NCBI GenBank assembly: GCA_003427395.1
Contig: BFEA01000032.1
Location: 5,027,040 to 5,091,039 of the forward strand
DNA length: 64,000 bases
Reading direction: 5' to 3'
DNA from: Chara braunii
Taxonomy: Eukaryota; Plantae; Charophyceae
Every line of letters begins with the position of its first letter. Positions within the stretch are counted from its first letter, which is position 1. Shown here one piece after another: positions 51,415 to 64,000 of this stretch. The position numbers were made by a program, and so were the translations under genes. Under the pieces are notes generated by a model. It searched no databases. It worked only from the letters and a program-made list of their open reading frames with translations, and was not told where the DNA came from.

Positions 51415-53138
51415 CTATTTTTCACTTCGAAGGGGCCCCTTTGGTTTCACGAGTTACACAGGCCCTTCTGGCTTCGCGAGGGTTCACGAGTTACAGGGTT
51501 CCTTCTGGCTTCACAAGTTTTTATGTTCTTGTTGTTAGACATTCAGGTTCATTTTTTTCTCAGCCTAGGATCCACTATTAGAGGTGGCGCTTGTTAGCAC
51601 GATCCTTGAGGTTCACAGGGATCGTTAAAATTCTAAAGATGACTGAAACAGCCCTGGCAACAACGGGCACAGTTACACCGTTTCTTTTTTTTTCCCATTT
51701 TCTTTTTAACTAAGCTATATTCTTCTCTCAATTTCACCTTTCACTGCCTATCTACCACTACTCCAAAGCATATACAGTGGACCCCTGCAAGCAAAGCTAC
51801 CTCTCACAATCAAGGGATGCATGTTGCACCCCGCCCTAATCGGCGGTGGTCAGGGAATAGGGTGGGGCCACAAGGTAGGGGGACCAGGTAATGCAAAGAC
51901 GGAGCGTTTTTGCCAGTAGCTGCGCCTCCCATCCACTTCCCCACCCCAATAGAGTAACAGCAGTGTCTATGGCCAGCACTCTCCCACATGCCGCACACAA
52001 CCCATACCCCCCCCTTCTCCCCCAACACACACAGACACCCATGATGGCCAACCAATACCGACCGGGGGAAGCAAGCCAACTATCTCAGTTGGTTGGCACC
52101 AAGCATGCCCCAGACAGTCAGTGGGGATCGGACCCTCAACCTCCTGAATAGCACTTGGGTGCCTAACCAACTTAGCTAGGCCGTTTCGTTTGCTATTTTA
52201 TTTAAATTCAGAACAACCCATGAATTCAGCCCTTTAAAACACTGATATGTGTCAACAGTACAGAGTAGTCAAGCCCGAATCGTCGGCACAGGCAAGACAA
52301 CAATTTGAGAAACCCACCGTCACCCGCACCGCCACCCCAACCCCCATCTCACCACCCCCACCCCAATCTCACTTCCTCAACCACAAAAAGGACAGAGTTG
52401 CCCTTCCCTTGCATTTCATGTGTTTGAGCCCACCATTATGTCCATGTGAAGCCAATCTGCTCCTGCATCAATCATCCGCTTTGACTCGCTTGCCAGATTC
52501 GCAAAGTCAGAAGACAGCATGGAGGGCGCAATCTTGGGAGAAGCATTTGCCTGTGCCATTGTTATTGCCATCCAGTTCCCAGATACACCAAGAGGAGGGT
52601 ACCTGCCCCCCTAACAAACTAAGTTGCCACTTCTCTCCCTCAGCAATCTTCACGTTCCTTTTTCTGCCTGCAAATCCAACTGCAATCAGCAAGAGCATAA
52701 CCAGTTACCCAAAGTAAGCTCTGGTCTGTTCAGGAGGATCAAAGCTGGAGAAGAGAGACAAAACAACAACATCCCAAAATTGTTTGCAAGCTTTATAGTC
52801 GCAAGTGGACGACGATGACAAAAACATTTTGTGAAACACCCCAGCCATCAGTTGGACCCCATCTTTGCAATGTAACCCTGCCGAACACTGCCCAACTTTG
52901 CAAAAGGCCCCGGCAAATGCCAACTTTTCGTAGGTGCAATTGCAAAGGCCAAGAGAATTTGCACACCCACCTGACAGGGGCATAACACAAACATGTCAGT
53001 CCAAAAGGCCATTCCACTGTGCCCATATCTTTTAGTGACATTTTGACATATATCTCAACTTATGGGGGTATTGGAAAATTACCCCCCCCTCCAAAAAATA
53101 GGAGACACTCTCTCTCTCTCCCCCCCAAAAAAAACGAA

Positions 53139-53190
<52 letters not shown>

Positions 53191-54234
53191 NNNNNNNNNN
53201 NNNNNNNNNNNNNNNNNNNNNNNNNNNNNNNNNNNNNNNNNNNNNNNNNNNNNNNNNNNNNNNNNNNNNNNNNNNNNNNNNNNNNNNNNNNNNNNNNNNN
53301 NNNNNNNNNNNNNNNNNNNNNNNNNNNNNNNNNNNNNNNNNNNNNNNNNNNNNNNNNNNNNNNNNNNNNNNNNNNNNNNNNNNNNNNNNNNNNNNNNNNN
53401 NNNNNNNNNNNNNNNNNNNNNNNNNNNNNNNNNNNNNNNNNNNNNNNNNNNNNNNNNNNNNNNNNNNNNNNNNNNNNNNNNNNNNNNNNNNNNNNNNNNN
53501 NNNNNNNNNNNNNNNNNNNNNNNNNNNNNNNNNNNNNNNNNNNNNNNNNNNNNNNNNNNNNNNNNNNNNNNNNNNNNNNNNNNNNNNNNNNNNNNNNNNN
53601 NNNNNNNNNNNNNNNNNNNNNNNNNNNNNNNNNNNNNNNNNNNNNNNNNNNNNNNNNNNNNNNNNNNNNNNNNNNNNNNNNNNNNNNNNNNNNNNNNNNN
53701 NNNNNNNNNNNNNNNNNNNNNNNNNNNNNNNNNNNNNNNNNNNNNNNNNNNNNNNNNNNNNNNNNNNNNNNNNNNNNNNNNNNNNNNNNNNNNNNNNNNN
53801 NNNNNNNNNNNNNNNNNNNNNNNNNNNNNNNNNNNNNNNNNNNNNNNNNNNNNNNNNNNNNNNNNNNNNNNNNNNNNNNNNNNNNNNNNNNNNNNNNNNN
53901 NNNNNNNNNNNNNNNNNNNNNNNNNNNNNNNNNNNNNNNNNNNNNNNNNNNNNNNNNNNNNNNNNNNNNNNNNNNNNNNNNNNNNNNNNNNNNNNNNNNN
54001 NNNNNACACCGCTTAACAACAACAGATGATGGATCGTTCTTCTCCCGCTCCCCCTCCTGCTGTTCCTCCCGCTCTTCCTCCTCCCGCCCCTGGTCCTCCT
54101 CCCGCTCCCGCACGTGCTACACGTGTGTGTGTGGGTGGGTGGGTGGGTGGGTGAGAGCGAGGGAGAGGTTACGTCCAGCGATAGGATGAGCAAAATCGAA
54201 CGAATCTACCACTAGAACATGGAAATATACACTG

Positions 54235-55162
54235 TGCAATCAGACTCGCTTTCATTCACACTTCTCATGCATGTAAACAGGCAGCACAGCAAACTGGCGA
54301 CAAGCGCCCACTCAAAACTCAGAGATATGGTAGCTCCGAACACAGTCAGATAGAAGCTCGCTTCAAATGGCTATGGCGCATCAGCGCCTGTACAACTCTC
54401 TGTTCGTCACTCACCCAACTCCACTGTTCGCACGCACTCAACTCAGGATCACCCTGGATATCCCACACGCATCACTCTGTACACATGCAGGCTCACACAC
54501 TTCTACAGCTATGGCGGCTATGGCCGCTGCTACCCCTATCGCTATGGCTAACTCTCCTTCTTGCCCACTTCGTCTTCGGGCTCACTGCAGACCACCTCGC
54601 ACAAGTCGCTGTGGCAGCGCTTCCACATGGCTTACGCAGGAATGAATGAATGGCTGGGCGCTGCCCTTTGATTTATACTTCTGTAGCTCGTTGGTCTGGC
54701 CCTTTCCCATGCCCGTAGTGCACACAGTCCTAGGACTGACTGGGACTGGGACTGCTGACTCAACACGGGTAGACTCCACCACTTGCCCACTTGCCTCAGT
54801 CTAAACGTGAGCAGCTTCGAAAGGCCACTACTAGGACCTTCTGGAAACTTTAGTCCTGGCCTTTCGGACACTGTAGCAGCTACGACCTTGACCTTTCTGG
54901 ACTGTAGCAGCTACGACCTTGACCCTTCAGAAACCCTACAGCTACGACTTCTGGAACTTCCTAAGACCTCTACTCGACAGGTCTACAGATCGAACCCCTA
55001 CCTCCTACAGACCCTACGACAGTCTACCAACTGTGGGAACAGACACAGGTCGTGGGTTCGACTCCTGGGGTCGACGCAGGTAATGTACACAGTTAAGGTA
55101 AAGTCTAGGGATCGAGCCCTGGGATCTGCATTCGCTACTGCTAACAGGTGAAAACCGTTTCA
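54235..55162 (-). mobile_element. Solo LTR, family A
   Basis: Minus strand reads TGAAACGGTTTTCACC...AGTCTGATTGCA, homologous to 880-1802. Flanked by an ACTG duplication. Confidence 0.9.
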
Positions 55163-55291
55163 ACTGCCAGTAGTAGTGTATATTTCGATGTTCTATCGAT
55201 TTTGCTCATCCTATCGATGGAAGTAGTGTGAGGCCAGTCCCGGGGTTGGGGACTTACCTGTTGCCCGGTGCATTGCTCATCCTATCGATGG

Positions 55292-55347
<56 letters not shown>

Positions 55348-55369
55348 CTCTCGCTCTCTCTCTCAACGG

Positions 55370-55420
<51 letters not shown>

Positions 55421-56984
55421 GCTCTCCCGCGCGCGCGCGCGTCCTCACCATAGGCTTTCCCTTGCCACTTTCTCTGCACGCCCCCCCGCGCGTTTTTTGC
55501 CATGGTCCCTGCGCCGTCTCCCCTCAGCACACGCAGCGGCGGACACGCTACCTTGCTCCGTCTACGCCCATCCCACGAAATTCTCCTCGGCGCGAATCGA
55601 CGCGCGGTGACACCCTGGCGCATGGAATCTCGTGGGCACGCCCTTTTTCACACGGGCCCTGCGGCATTTCGCCTCGCCGCACGCAACGGCCTCCTCCCGT
55701 TCCGCCCGTCCCACCCTCACGCGACGGCCTGCTCCGATTCCGCCCGTCCCGTGATTTTTCGTGGGCCCACGGCTTCGTGTGACGGCAGGACCGCTGTAAC
55801 TTTTAGTTGTATAGAGAAGAGATAGAGATGAGACTCATAACCAGCACAGGAAAGTAGTAGAGACGTAGTACGCAACAAACAAGAAGATGCATTGCCTACA
55901 TACATGTAGCACATATTTTGCCTGCAACAAACAAGGTTTCAGAAACTGACACAGCTTCCTAATCAAAGAAACGGGATATCCACTATGAGAGCCAGGGAAC
56001 AGGTGAAACCCACACTGCAGCTCTCTCTATTTCTCTCTCTCACCTCCCCCAGCAAACCATACTGCAGCACTCCCTCTCTCAGTATCTCTCTCCCTGCCCT
56101 CCCCAACCAGCACCCAAAAAATCCCCGAATGGAAGGAATACAATCTGTCTGTGTGCCTGCCTGTGTGTCTGTCTGCCTGTCTCTCTGTCCATTAGTCTGT
56201 TTGTCTGTCTGCATNNNNNNNNNNNNNNNNNNNNNNNNNNNNNNNNNNNNNNNNNNNNNNNNNNNNNNNNNNNNNNNNNNNNNNNNNNNNNNNNNNNNNN
56301 NNNNNNNNNNNNNNNNNNNNNNNNNNNNNNNNNNNNNNNNNNNNNNNNNNNNNNNNNNNNNNNNNNNNNNNNNNNNNNNNNNNNNNNNNNNNNNNNNNNN
56401 NNNNNNNNNNNNNNNNNNNNNNNNNNNNNNNNNNNNNNNNNNNNNNNNNNNGTGTGTGTGTGTGTGTGTGTGTGTGTGTCTCTGTTTATGTGTCAGGAGG
56501 TTGCTGACTGCTATACATGCGAAGGGGCAGGGGATGGAAACTCGTGCAGGGTCACTAGATGGTATACACAAGGAATTTGGGTTGGAAGGGGGACGTAGGA
56601 GTCTAAGGAGGTTGCAAGATCCTATGCCTGCAAACATGGGGGCAATTTACACGCAAGATGTGGGAGGGGCAAGTGTCCAGGACAGCAGCAATCGCTTCAT
56701 GCAGCGGAGGGATTCAAGGAGCGAGAGTGTTGATGGGGTCCTCCGATCCTGCTGACATACAAGGGGGGCTTAAGTTAGGGTAGCTACCCAGCAGAGGTCT
56801 GCAGCACCCCAGATATGACCTTGAACCTCAGCAGCAAGAGCCCATCCCAAATGAAACGTTGGGCTTCTCCTGCCCAGGCATGTGGGTCAGCAAGTCATGG
56901 TCCCACAAGACACGGGTTCAAAACATCATATGTCTGAAAATGCATGGGAAACATACACAAGCGACCGGCTGATGTTCTGAAAGA

Positions 56985-57650
56985 CAAAGGCTAGCCCGGT
57001 CAGAATGCACCACACCCTTCAGATGCCCAATTATATAATCCGCACCTGGCGTGCAGATGTCCAAGTGCACTCCGGTCCGGTTAGTTTAGTCCTTCCAAAC
57101 ACAGAAAGGACTGTTTTTTTTTTTGTTTTTTTTTTTCAACATCCGGCGAGGTTCTGTAGTCCCATGGCGGTAAGAGCGCCGGCGGATTCAGACCCTCCGG
57201 TGGGTGGGTCCATTCTATTGGTGGGGAGCTGCACCTGCTGGGAACAGGGCCCAGCGTCCCTTAAAAGAAAGAAACGTTTTTTTTGTCCTTCACCCTTAAC
57301 GCAAAACATAGCTCATGTTCGGATATGCAAAAAGCTTGCCCAGTCAGAATCACCAGGTGCTTCAGATGCCCAGCTACAGCAGCGCACTCTTTTATTTTTT
57401 GGCTGGCACCACCAGCTATTGTGGTCTGCTAGCCCCGAGTCCCAAAAAAATTGGAGTTGGCAACTCGCAATTTTCTGCAAGGCTGGGGGGTATAACACAA
57501 AACATAGCTCATGTTAGGAAATGCAAAAGCTTGCCCGGTCAGAATCACCAGGTGCTTCAGGTGCCCAGTTACATGATTTCGGCCTGGACGTGCAGATGCC
57601 CAAGAGCATTCCGGCTGGGCTAGTTTAGCCCTTTCAAACACAAAAGGACA
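56985..57650. repeat. Three imperfect direct repeats
   Basis: GCCC(G/A)GTCAGAAT..CACCA..CTTCAG(A/G)TGCCCA at about 56994, 57338 and 57533. Confidence 0.75.
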
Positions 57651-58604
57651 GCTGGTCCACTACCCTTAACACTGACATAGCACCGGCATGACCTGGCCTT
57701 GATGCTTTGTATAAGAGGACAGGACTGAGGACAGAGCGACATTCAAGGGAGGGCAAAAGACACTACCTATGCCTGGGTGCAAGACCATATAAGACGAATG
57801 TGACACATGCAAGACGGGTGGCAGAGGGAGTTTCAAGGTGGGTCAAGAGATGCTGAACACAAATCAAGAGCGAACGGCCTGATAAGCACCCTACGTAACT
57901 ATTGCACAAATTGCATTAGTTTGTTTTGTGGGGCAAAGGCAGCTGCAGCACAACCCGAATAAGCAAAAAAAAACACGCACCAGCAAAACAAACAGCGGTC
58001 AATTTCCGAAAGGCAATGAAAGTACTGAGGCCGTGACAGACGCACAGATGTCATAACTACAGGGGCCGGCCGTGGTGCCAGACGGGAAAGGGGGTGGGAG
58101 GGAATGGGGAAATTGCATCTGCGGCAGATGAGTGACAGTAGGAGGAAGAAAAAGGAAAAGCAAGAGAGAGAGGGATTCAAAATCTGTAATGATGCAACAG
58201 ACTGAAAACGGGCCAATGACAGTGGCTGGGCACCTGCCAGCCGTTCGCACCTTGTTGCCACTGAATGAAATGAGCTGACCTCAGGGGTACGAGCAGCTAT
58301 TCAAAATGGGACTGGTGGCCCTCCACATCGGGCTACGGGTGAGGACCGCTCTACACCTGTGAGCAAAAATGTGGCAAAATGTTTGGCCAATGGAAAACCG
58401 CCTTATGGGCGCCCTTGCCTCAAATTGCTTCCCCCAAAAAACAGCCCGCCTATGCACCCTACGATCCCTCCACATCAGTGCTGAGAAAAGATGTCACACA
58501 CAACAGAGGTCCCCGACCCCAGAACAAAGCCTCCGCTAGTGGGACTTGGTCCCCACTATACCCAGTCCCAGCGCCCAACTTGTATTTGTACCCAGACCCT
58601 GTTC

Positions 58605-58815
58605 ATTTATTTATTTATTTTTAACAGAACCTTATGGCTCTGGCTCCTTTTCCATTCTGGGGAGCATCAGTCCGGTTCCTATTCCACCGGCAAGTCAAAA
58701 GGACGTACATGAAAGACTCACACATGCTCTTCCCCTTTACAGTAGGGAAGTCCGATTACTTCTTGCCGGAAGGATGTACCACCCCTCACCCCTGCCTAAG
58801 TTAGCCTGCTTTCTT
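58605..58815 (-). mobile_element. LINE/SINE 3' end of the same family as 33290-33425
   Basis: Reverse complement GACTTGCCGGTGGAATAGGAACCGGACTGATGCTCCCCAGAATGGAAAAGGAG...CCATAAGG followed by an (AAAT)n tail. Confidence 0.8.
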
Positions 58816-59549
58816 TCGTTTGATTACTAATACATAGAAACAAACCTTTTTTTTGTGGTCCCTGTAGATTTGCTTGGATGGGTCTTGTCTTTCCTGTTCC
58901 TCTCAGATCTTTGACTGCCTGATTCACTTTAAGTGCTAGAACTGTAGACTTGTCCCTCCGATTAGGTTTTGCCTAACCCTATGCACTCTCCTTTCTAGTT
59001 TCTGATGTTTGTGGTTGCGTTAAAACCCTAACCTGCCTTATTTAAACTTCCTCTTTAACCAGTTCTAACTGGTGCTAAAACCCTAAACCCTATCACGTTT
59101 GGCAAGCCTGTTAACCATATGATTGACCTCTCTTCTTATATTCTTATTTATTTTATTTCATTCGTTTTCTTCAATAATCAAGATTCTGTCATTATATTGG
59201 TATTTTATTTCTCAATATATTCTATGTATGGTTTGTGACCCTTTCCCTGCAGTTTTCTCTCTTTACTAGATAGTACTGCCTTTTGGGAACTGTTTTTGGG
59301 GTGAAACTGGTACTAGAAAGCTGAATTGAGAAGGGCTTGTGTAGGTAGGTCTGGGTTGGTTGGTTGTCTATTGTGTTTAGGAGAGAAATGCCTTGTCTGG
59401 GGGGGGGGGTNNTCNGGGGGGGGGGGTAGTNTGGGGTCAGGGTAGTTTGTTGAGCGCTAATTGGGCCAGGAGCAGGACAGATATGAGGGGTTGAGGGGTT
59501 TGTGGTGGAGCTGGGGTAGCGTGCTTTCTTATGTAGGAGAAGATGCCTA

Positions 59550-60599
59550 TGCAATAACCTGCTCGATATGCCCTGTTGTTGTCCGATGGGCACCCGCAGG
59601 CCGCAACCCCGACCTAAGGCCGCGATGATCGAGGGGAATAACTGCCCCGAAATTGGCTTCAGGGCCTGTGCGCCCGACAGTTGATTTTGGTCAACTGCCC
59701 AGCGGCCCACGAGTCAAAGTCTGCATGGACCCAGCCCAGGCCGCCGGTCAGACACACACTTGTTTGTATGCAGGTATCAAGACAGCATTCTGACCAAGTG
59801 GAAGTCTGCAACTGTATGAGATCCAGGCCGTCGGCTGTGAGTCAATCTGAGCCACCGTGGGTGGGAGACCTGAGGCAGGTCAACCTCCTCAAACGCTACA
59901 TAATGCTTTGCCTCCAGGGGGTCAACATTCAGTCTCACTATGCTGACTTGACGCTGGCTTGAGGCTGGCTGGACGCTGGCTGGATGCTGGCTTGACGCTG
60001 GCTGTACAGTGGCACTGTGGACGACGACACGAGACTGCTGCGTGTGTGCTGGCGCCTTCCTGTCTTGGCGCCAGCTGTCTTCTGCTGCCGTGGCGCAAGC
60101 CACTCTGTCTTCGACACTGCTGATGTGGTGCATACCACTCTGTCTTCATCACTGACGTGGCATTTGCCACACTGTCTTCATTGCTGACTTGGACGCGACA
60201 AGGAGGGAGATCAGGATATGTGCATTGAGAGAGAGAGAGGATACTTACCTGTTGCTGACGTCAATACTGCGTGCTGCTGTCTTCACGGGAGAACTGTGCC
60301 GCATGGCACTTTGATGTGATCGGACCTGTCAGGCTCGATTCTTGGACACTGTTTGCTGACGTGGAGGAGAGGGGAGGCCCGGAGAAGGAGAGGGAAACGA
60401 GGGCTGCTATCTATGTGGTCATTGATGGATACCTACTCTTCCACCCTCCAGGTCTGATGTCCCCCACCTCTCCTTCGTCCATTGGCTACGAGACATTGTA
60501 TCATGGATCACATATCATAATTATTGGAGACTTTATTCAGCGCTGAGTTATCCTGTACTTCGACACTTGACGAGTTTCCTCCAGACTGGGTTCATTACA
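59550..60599 (+). mobile_element. 5' LTR, family B
   Basis: TGCAATAACC...GGTTCATTACA imperfect termini, followed by a Met PBS. The start is tentative. Confidence 0.65.
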
Positions 60600-60602
60600 A
60601 TT

Positions 60603-60614
60603 TGGTATCAGAGC
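60603..60614 (+). other. PBS complementary to initiator tRNA-Met
   Basis: TGGTATCAGAGC. Confidence 0.92.
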
Positions 60615-60769
60615 TTACCTTCTTCGTCGCGATCTGCTGTCCAGCGCCAGGTGGCGCCCAGGTAAGTGCCGTGAGGTGCCGCGCACATTTGAATCGCGTC
60701 TTTTGACGTGCGCGATTATTATCGCGGTCTAGACATTTTACTCGCACGCGCGCACCATCCCCCTGAAGA

Positions 60770-61212
60770 TGATGACGTGGACCTTCTGAAGAAGACGGCG
60801 ACAGTGCTGACGCGGCGCATTGTTGCTGATGTGGCGATCAGTTACCGGCGAGAGCATCGCTGGCTGCCGGCTGACATGGCCCTGGTGATCGTGAGAGAGA
60901 GAGAGTGGGATATCGAGACTGCTGACATGGCGCGCTGCCTACATGGCATGGCGCGAGGGTTCTGACGTGGCATCCAGGGATTGGCAAGGTATTGTCTGAT
61001 GTGGCACGTACCTGTGTCGCGACTTACCTGCTGATGTGGCGCTCCATACTCCAGCAGTACCTTCGATCTGACGTGGCATACCAGTGGTGGATGATCTGGC
61101 AGACGGCACGTCGCTGACGTGGCACCCTTCTTGACGGCCTACTGGCCATTGACGCTGACATGGCAACTCCGTGGAGGTGCTGCGTTGGCATGCCAGCGTG
61201 ACACGTGGCAGT
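60770..61212 (+). promoter_or_regulatory. Cluster of TGACGTGGC (G-box/ABRE/hex-like) motifs
   Basis: About 11 copies, including the variants TGATGTGGC, TGACATGGC and GACACGTGGC. Confidence 0.5.
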
Positions 61213-61384
61213 GGACGTGCCCTGCCGCTGGTGAGAGATTGATACTTGCACTTGTGTGCTAGCGGGCAGTACAGCATCACGATTTGGCTGTAGTGCCACG
61301 CGTCGGCCCTTGTGTCTGGCTGCATTGTCATTCACAGAGGGACAGCCAGAAAAGGATGAGCTGCTGACTTCGGAGAGAAAAAAT

Positions 61385-63423
61385 GCGCGGGAATCATTTT
61401 TGTCTCTCACAGCCGCGCTATTATCTGCGAAGGTCTTGCGTATATACGACCCGCTATTGCCAACGCGCGTCACTACGGATGCGTTCGGCTATGGCATTGG
61501 TGCCGTCCTCAAACAACACGATGGCGTGGACTGGCACCCGGTCGAGTACTTCAGCAAGAAAGTGCCCGTCGTGCACTCCATTAATGATGCATGCAAGAAG
61601 GAGCTCCTAGCCTTCGTCCACGCGCTCAAGCGGTGGCAGCACTTTTGCCTTGGTCGAAGTCAATTCCGATGGGTAACGGACAACAATCCGTTGGTCTTCT
61701 ACAAGGTCCAAGACACCGTCAATAGCACCATCGCCCGTTGGATGGCTTTCATCGACCAATTCGACATCTTTCCCGATTACATTCCAGGGAAGTCTAACCG
61801 TTTTGTGATGCTCTTTCACGGCGTGCGGATCATTGTACCGCAGTCTATTCGACCTTCGAGATCGGCGACGACCTGCAGGACAGCTTCATCTGTGGCTACC
61901 AAGCCGACCTCGAGTTTCGCGACAAGTACCCAAATTGCTCCTCTCCTAATCCGGCACCTTCTCACTACCGGATCCAAGAGGGGTACTTGCTTGTCCACAC
62001 GTGGGGGAAGGACCTTCTTTGCGTACCAAGTGACTCTCACTTGCGTACACGGCTTCTTAGCGAGTTCCACGGTGCTCCCGCCACCGGACACTTTGGAGTC
62101 AATCGCACGATTGGCCGACTTCGCGAGCGATTTTGGTAGCCCGGCCTTCTCAACGATGTCACACGCTATTGCGAGTCATGCGAGGTTTGCCGACGCTGCA
62201 AATCCCGCAACCATCGTCCGTACAACGAGTTGCGACCAATACCGGTCCCCTTGCGCCGAAGGGAAGCGATTGTCATGGACATTACCGTGTTGTTCCCCAA
62301 GCACAAGATCGGAGTGGATGGGATTCTCGCGGTGGTCGACCGACTCACCAAGTTCGCCATGTTTTTGCCTTGCCGCTATCATGCCAAGGCACCGGAGTCG
62401 GTCGAGGTTCTTTACGCCGATTGGATTCGAACCAAGGGTTACCCCAAGGAAATCGTTTGCGACCGCGACACTCGGTTCATGTTCGATTTTTGGTTGGCGC
62501 TCATCAAACGATGGGGCTCATTTCTCAAGCCAAGTTCGGTTCGCCACCCCCAAATCGATGGCCAAACAGAGAGGGCGCATCACACCGCACAGGTTCTCCT
62601 TCGTACTCTCATCCGTCCCGACCAAAAGCATTGGGTTGAGCGGCTGCCGGATGTCGAGCTGGACTACAACTCGTCCATCCACCCGGCTATCGGGATGTCA
62701 CCCTTCGAGTTCGAGCACGGCTCGCCGGTCACTTCTTCGTTGGACACAATCATTCCACGAACGGCCGGGAGCGGCGACCATCTTCTTTTCTTGAGTCGAA
62801 TGCAAAAGCTACTTCTCAAGGCACACGACCAGATGGCTAAGACGCAGCAACGCATGAGCCAACAGGCCAATCGCCAGCATCTTCTTTGCCCATTCCGCGC
62901 CGGCGATCTCGTCTCGGTTTCCGCCGCAGAATTCAACCTTGAACAAGATATCTCTCGCAAGCTCCTCCCGAAATGGATGGGGCCCTGGCCGGTCGTGGCA
63001 CCTGCTGGGGATGCACCCGGAGGACCTTCTTTCACCATTCAGGTGCCCGCCCGCTTGCCCGTCTATCCGCTCTTTCATTGCTCCAAGTTGGCTCTTTACA
63101 CGCCAGCAGAACATGACGATTTTCTCGCGCGACGATCGCAAGACCCATCATCTATGGACAGTTTTCAAGAGGTCGGCGACATCATCTCCCAGCGACGCTA
63201 CAGCAACAGGCCAACCGAGTACTTGGTACACTTTGCGCACTGCACTCACAAAGTTGACCATTGGTTGACACATGCGGAACTCCAAGCAACAACTCCAAAT
63301 GTTCTCGCATGCTACGAACGCAAGATGCAAGGCAAGCCGGTATCTTCAGCTCCACGTCGCACCCACGTTCAGGCTCCACCTTCGGATCGTCACCTTCGCC
63401 CTCGACCCGACTTGACTTCATAA
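61385..63423 (+). pseudogene. pol: Ty3/gypsy pol 3' part: RNase H, integrase (HHCC, DDE) and chromodomain
   Basis: TTDAFGYGIGAVL, KELLAFV, TDNNPL; GHFGVNRT...CESCEVC; VMDIT, VCDRDTRF, DGQTER; PKWMGPW; YPLFHCSKL; EVGDII...EYLVHF..HW. Frameshift near 61805 and a stop near 62137. Confidence 0.95.
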
Positions 63424-63434
63424 GGAGGGGGGGG
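63422..63434 (+). other. Polypurine tract
   Basis: AAGGAGGGGGGGG directly before TG. Confidence 0.88.
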
Positions 63435-64000
63435 TGTTTCATACTGCGCCTGCAACAGGCTGCACAGGCCATTTTCAGGCCCGTGGCGTTTTCAGCCCGA
63501 AAGCCTGAAAACAAGGGCCTACAGGCCCTGTGTCGTTTCAGCCTGAACGCCTGAAAACAAGGGCCTACAAGCCCGGTGTCGTTTCAGCCTAAAACAGGGC
63601 CTTTCTGGCCCTGAGTCTTTTCAGCCTGAAACTGAGGGCCATTTTCAGGCCCTCATCAGATCGACCTGCCCAGAAACTCAAGCACCAGACCAGGGTTTTA
63701 GCACAGGCCATTTTGGGCCTGTTTTCAAGACAACCCTTCGTTGAGCTTCAACGCCAGGGTCTGGCACGTTTTGGCATTGGCAAGAGCAGCCTCTTGGACG
63801 GGCCAGCACTATATAGGACTGGCCCGCCCTGCAGGCTGCAGGTAGTTCCTACGCACTTCCCAAGCACTTCACGTGCAGTTCAGGAGGCAGGAGGTAGTCT
63901 TCAAGATTCGACAGCAGCACTCTGGAGGAGCGCTGCAGGAGTAGTAGTAGCGCTAGCAGTAGTCTTCAGCGCTGGGCGCTAGTAGCGTTAGCAATAGTCT
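63435..64000 (+). mobile_element. 3' LTR (family C), runs off the window
   Basis: Starts TGTTTCA after the PPT. Repeated TTCAGCCTGAAA/AGGCCC motifs and a TATA-like CTATATAGG at about 63809. Confidence 0.8.

Noticed and set aside
53019-54193. ORFs of 300+ aa (also at 36.8, 38.6, 45 and 56 kb)
   Set aside because: They are open only because they cross N gaps or microsatellites.
59020-59092. Telomere-like AAACCCTA motifs
   Set aside because: Only 2-3 scattered copies; at most telo-boxes, not an array.
60241-60251. ATACTTACCTG, identical to the U1 snRNA 5' end
   Set aside because: No U1 body follows. It reads better as a consensus splice donor on the minus strand.
61256-62794. 512-aa ORF as an intact gene
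   Set aside because: Only about 61385-61805 is in the pol frame; the rest is out-of-frame read-through after a frameshift.

Overview
Eukaryotic, transposon-saturated draft-assembly DNA with N gaps and many microsatellites. No intact host gene, rRNA, tRNA or CRISPR array is evident. The repeat content resembles a large streptophyte algal or plant genome such as Chara (inference only). It contains: (i) chromodomain-bearing Ty3/gypsy retrotransposon remnants, namely a 3' end at 0.5-1.8 kb, a nested 5' LTR-gag-pol at 37.8-47.8 kb, a solo LTR of the same family at 54.2-55.2 kb, and an apparently chimeric element at 59.5-64 kb; (ii) two decayed L1/Tx1-type LINE ORF2 copies plus extra 3' ends; (iii) MITEs with clear TIRs and TSDs (two hAT-type, one PIF/Harbinger-type); (iv) a roughly 14 kb apparently non-coding, LARD-like minus-strand LTR element (12.1-26 kb). 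The most striking feature lies inside (iv): an array of at least 24 stem-loops with a near-invariant C-AACTTAT-G loop on different, self-complementary stems, arranged as a 6-hairpin higher-order repeat. An unidentified, spliced, decayed coding repeat family is also present in three copies.
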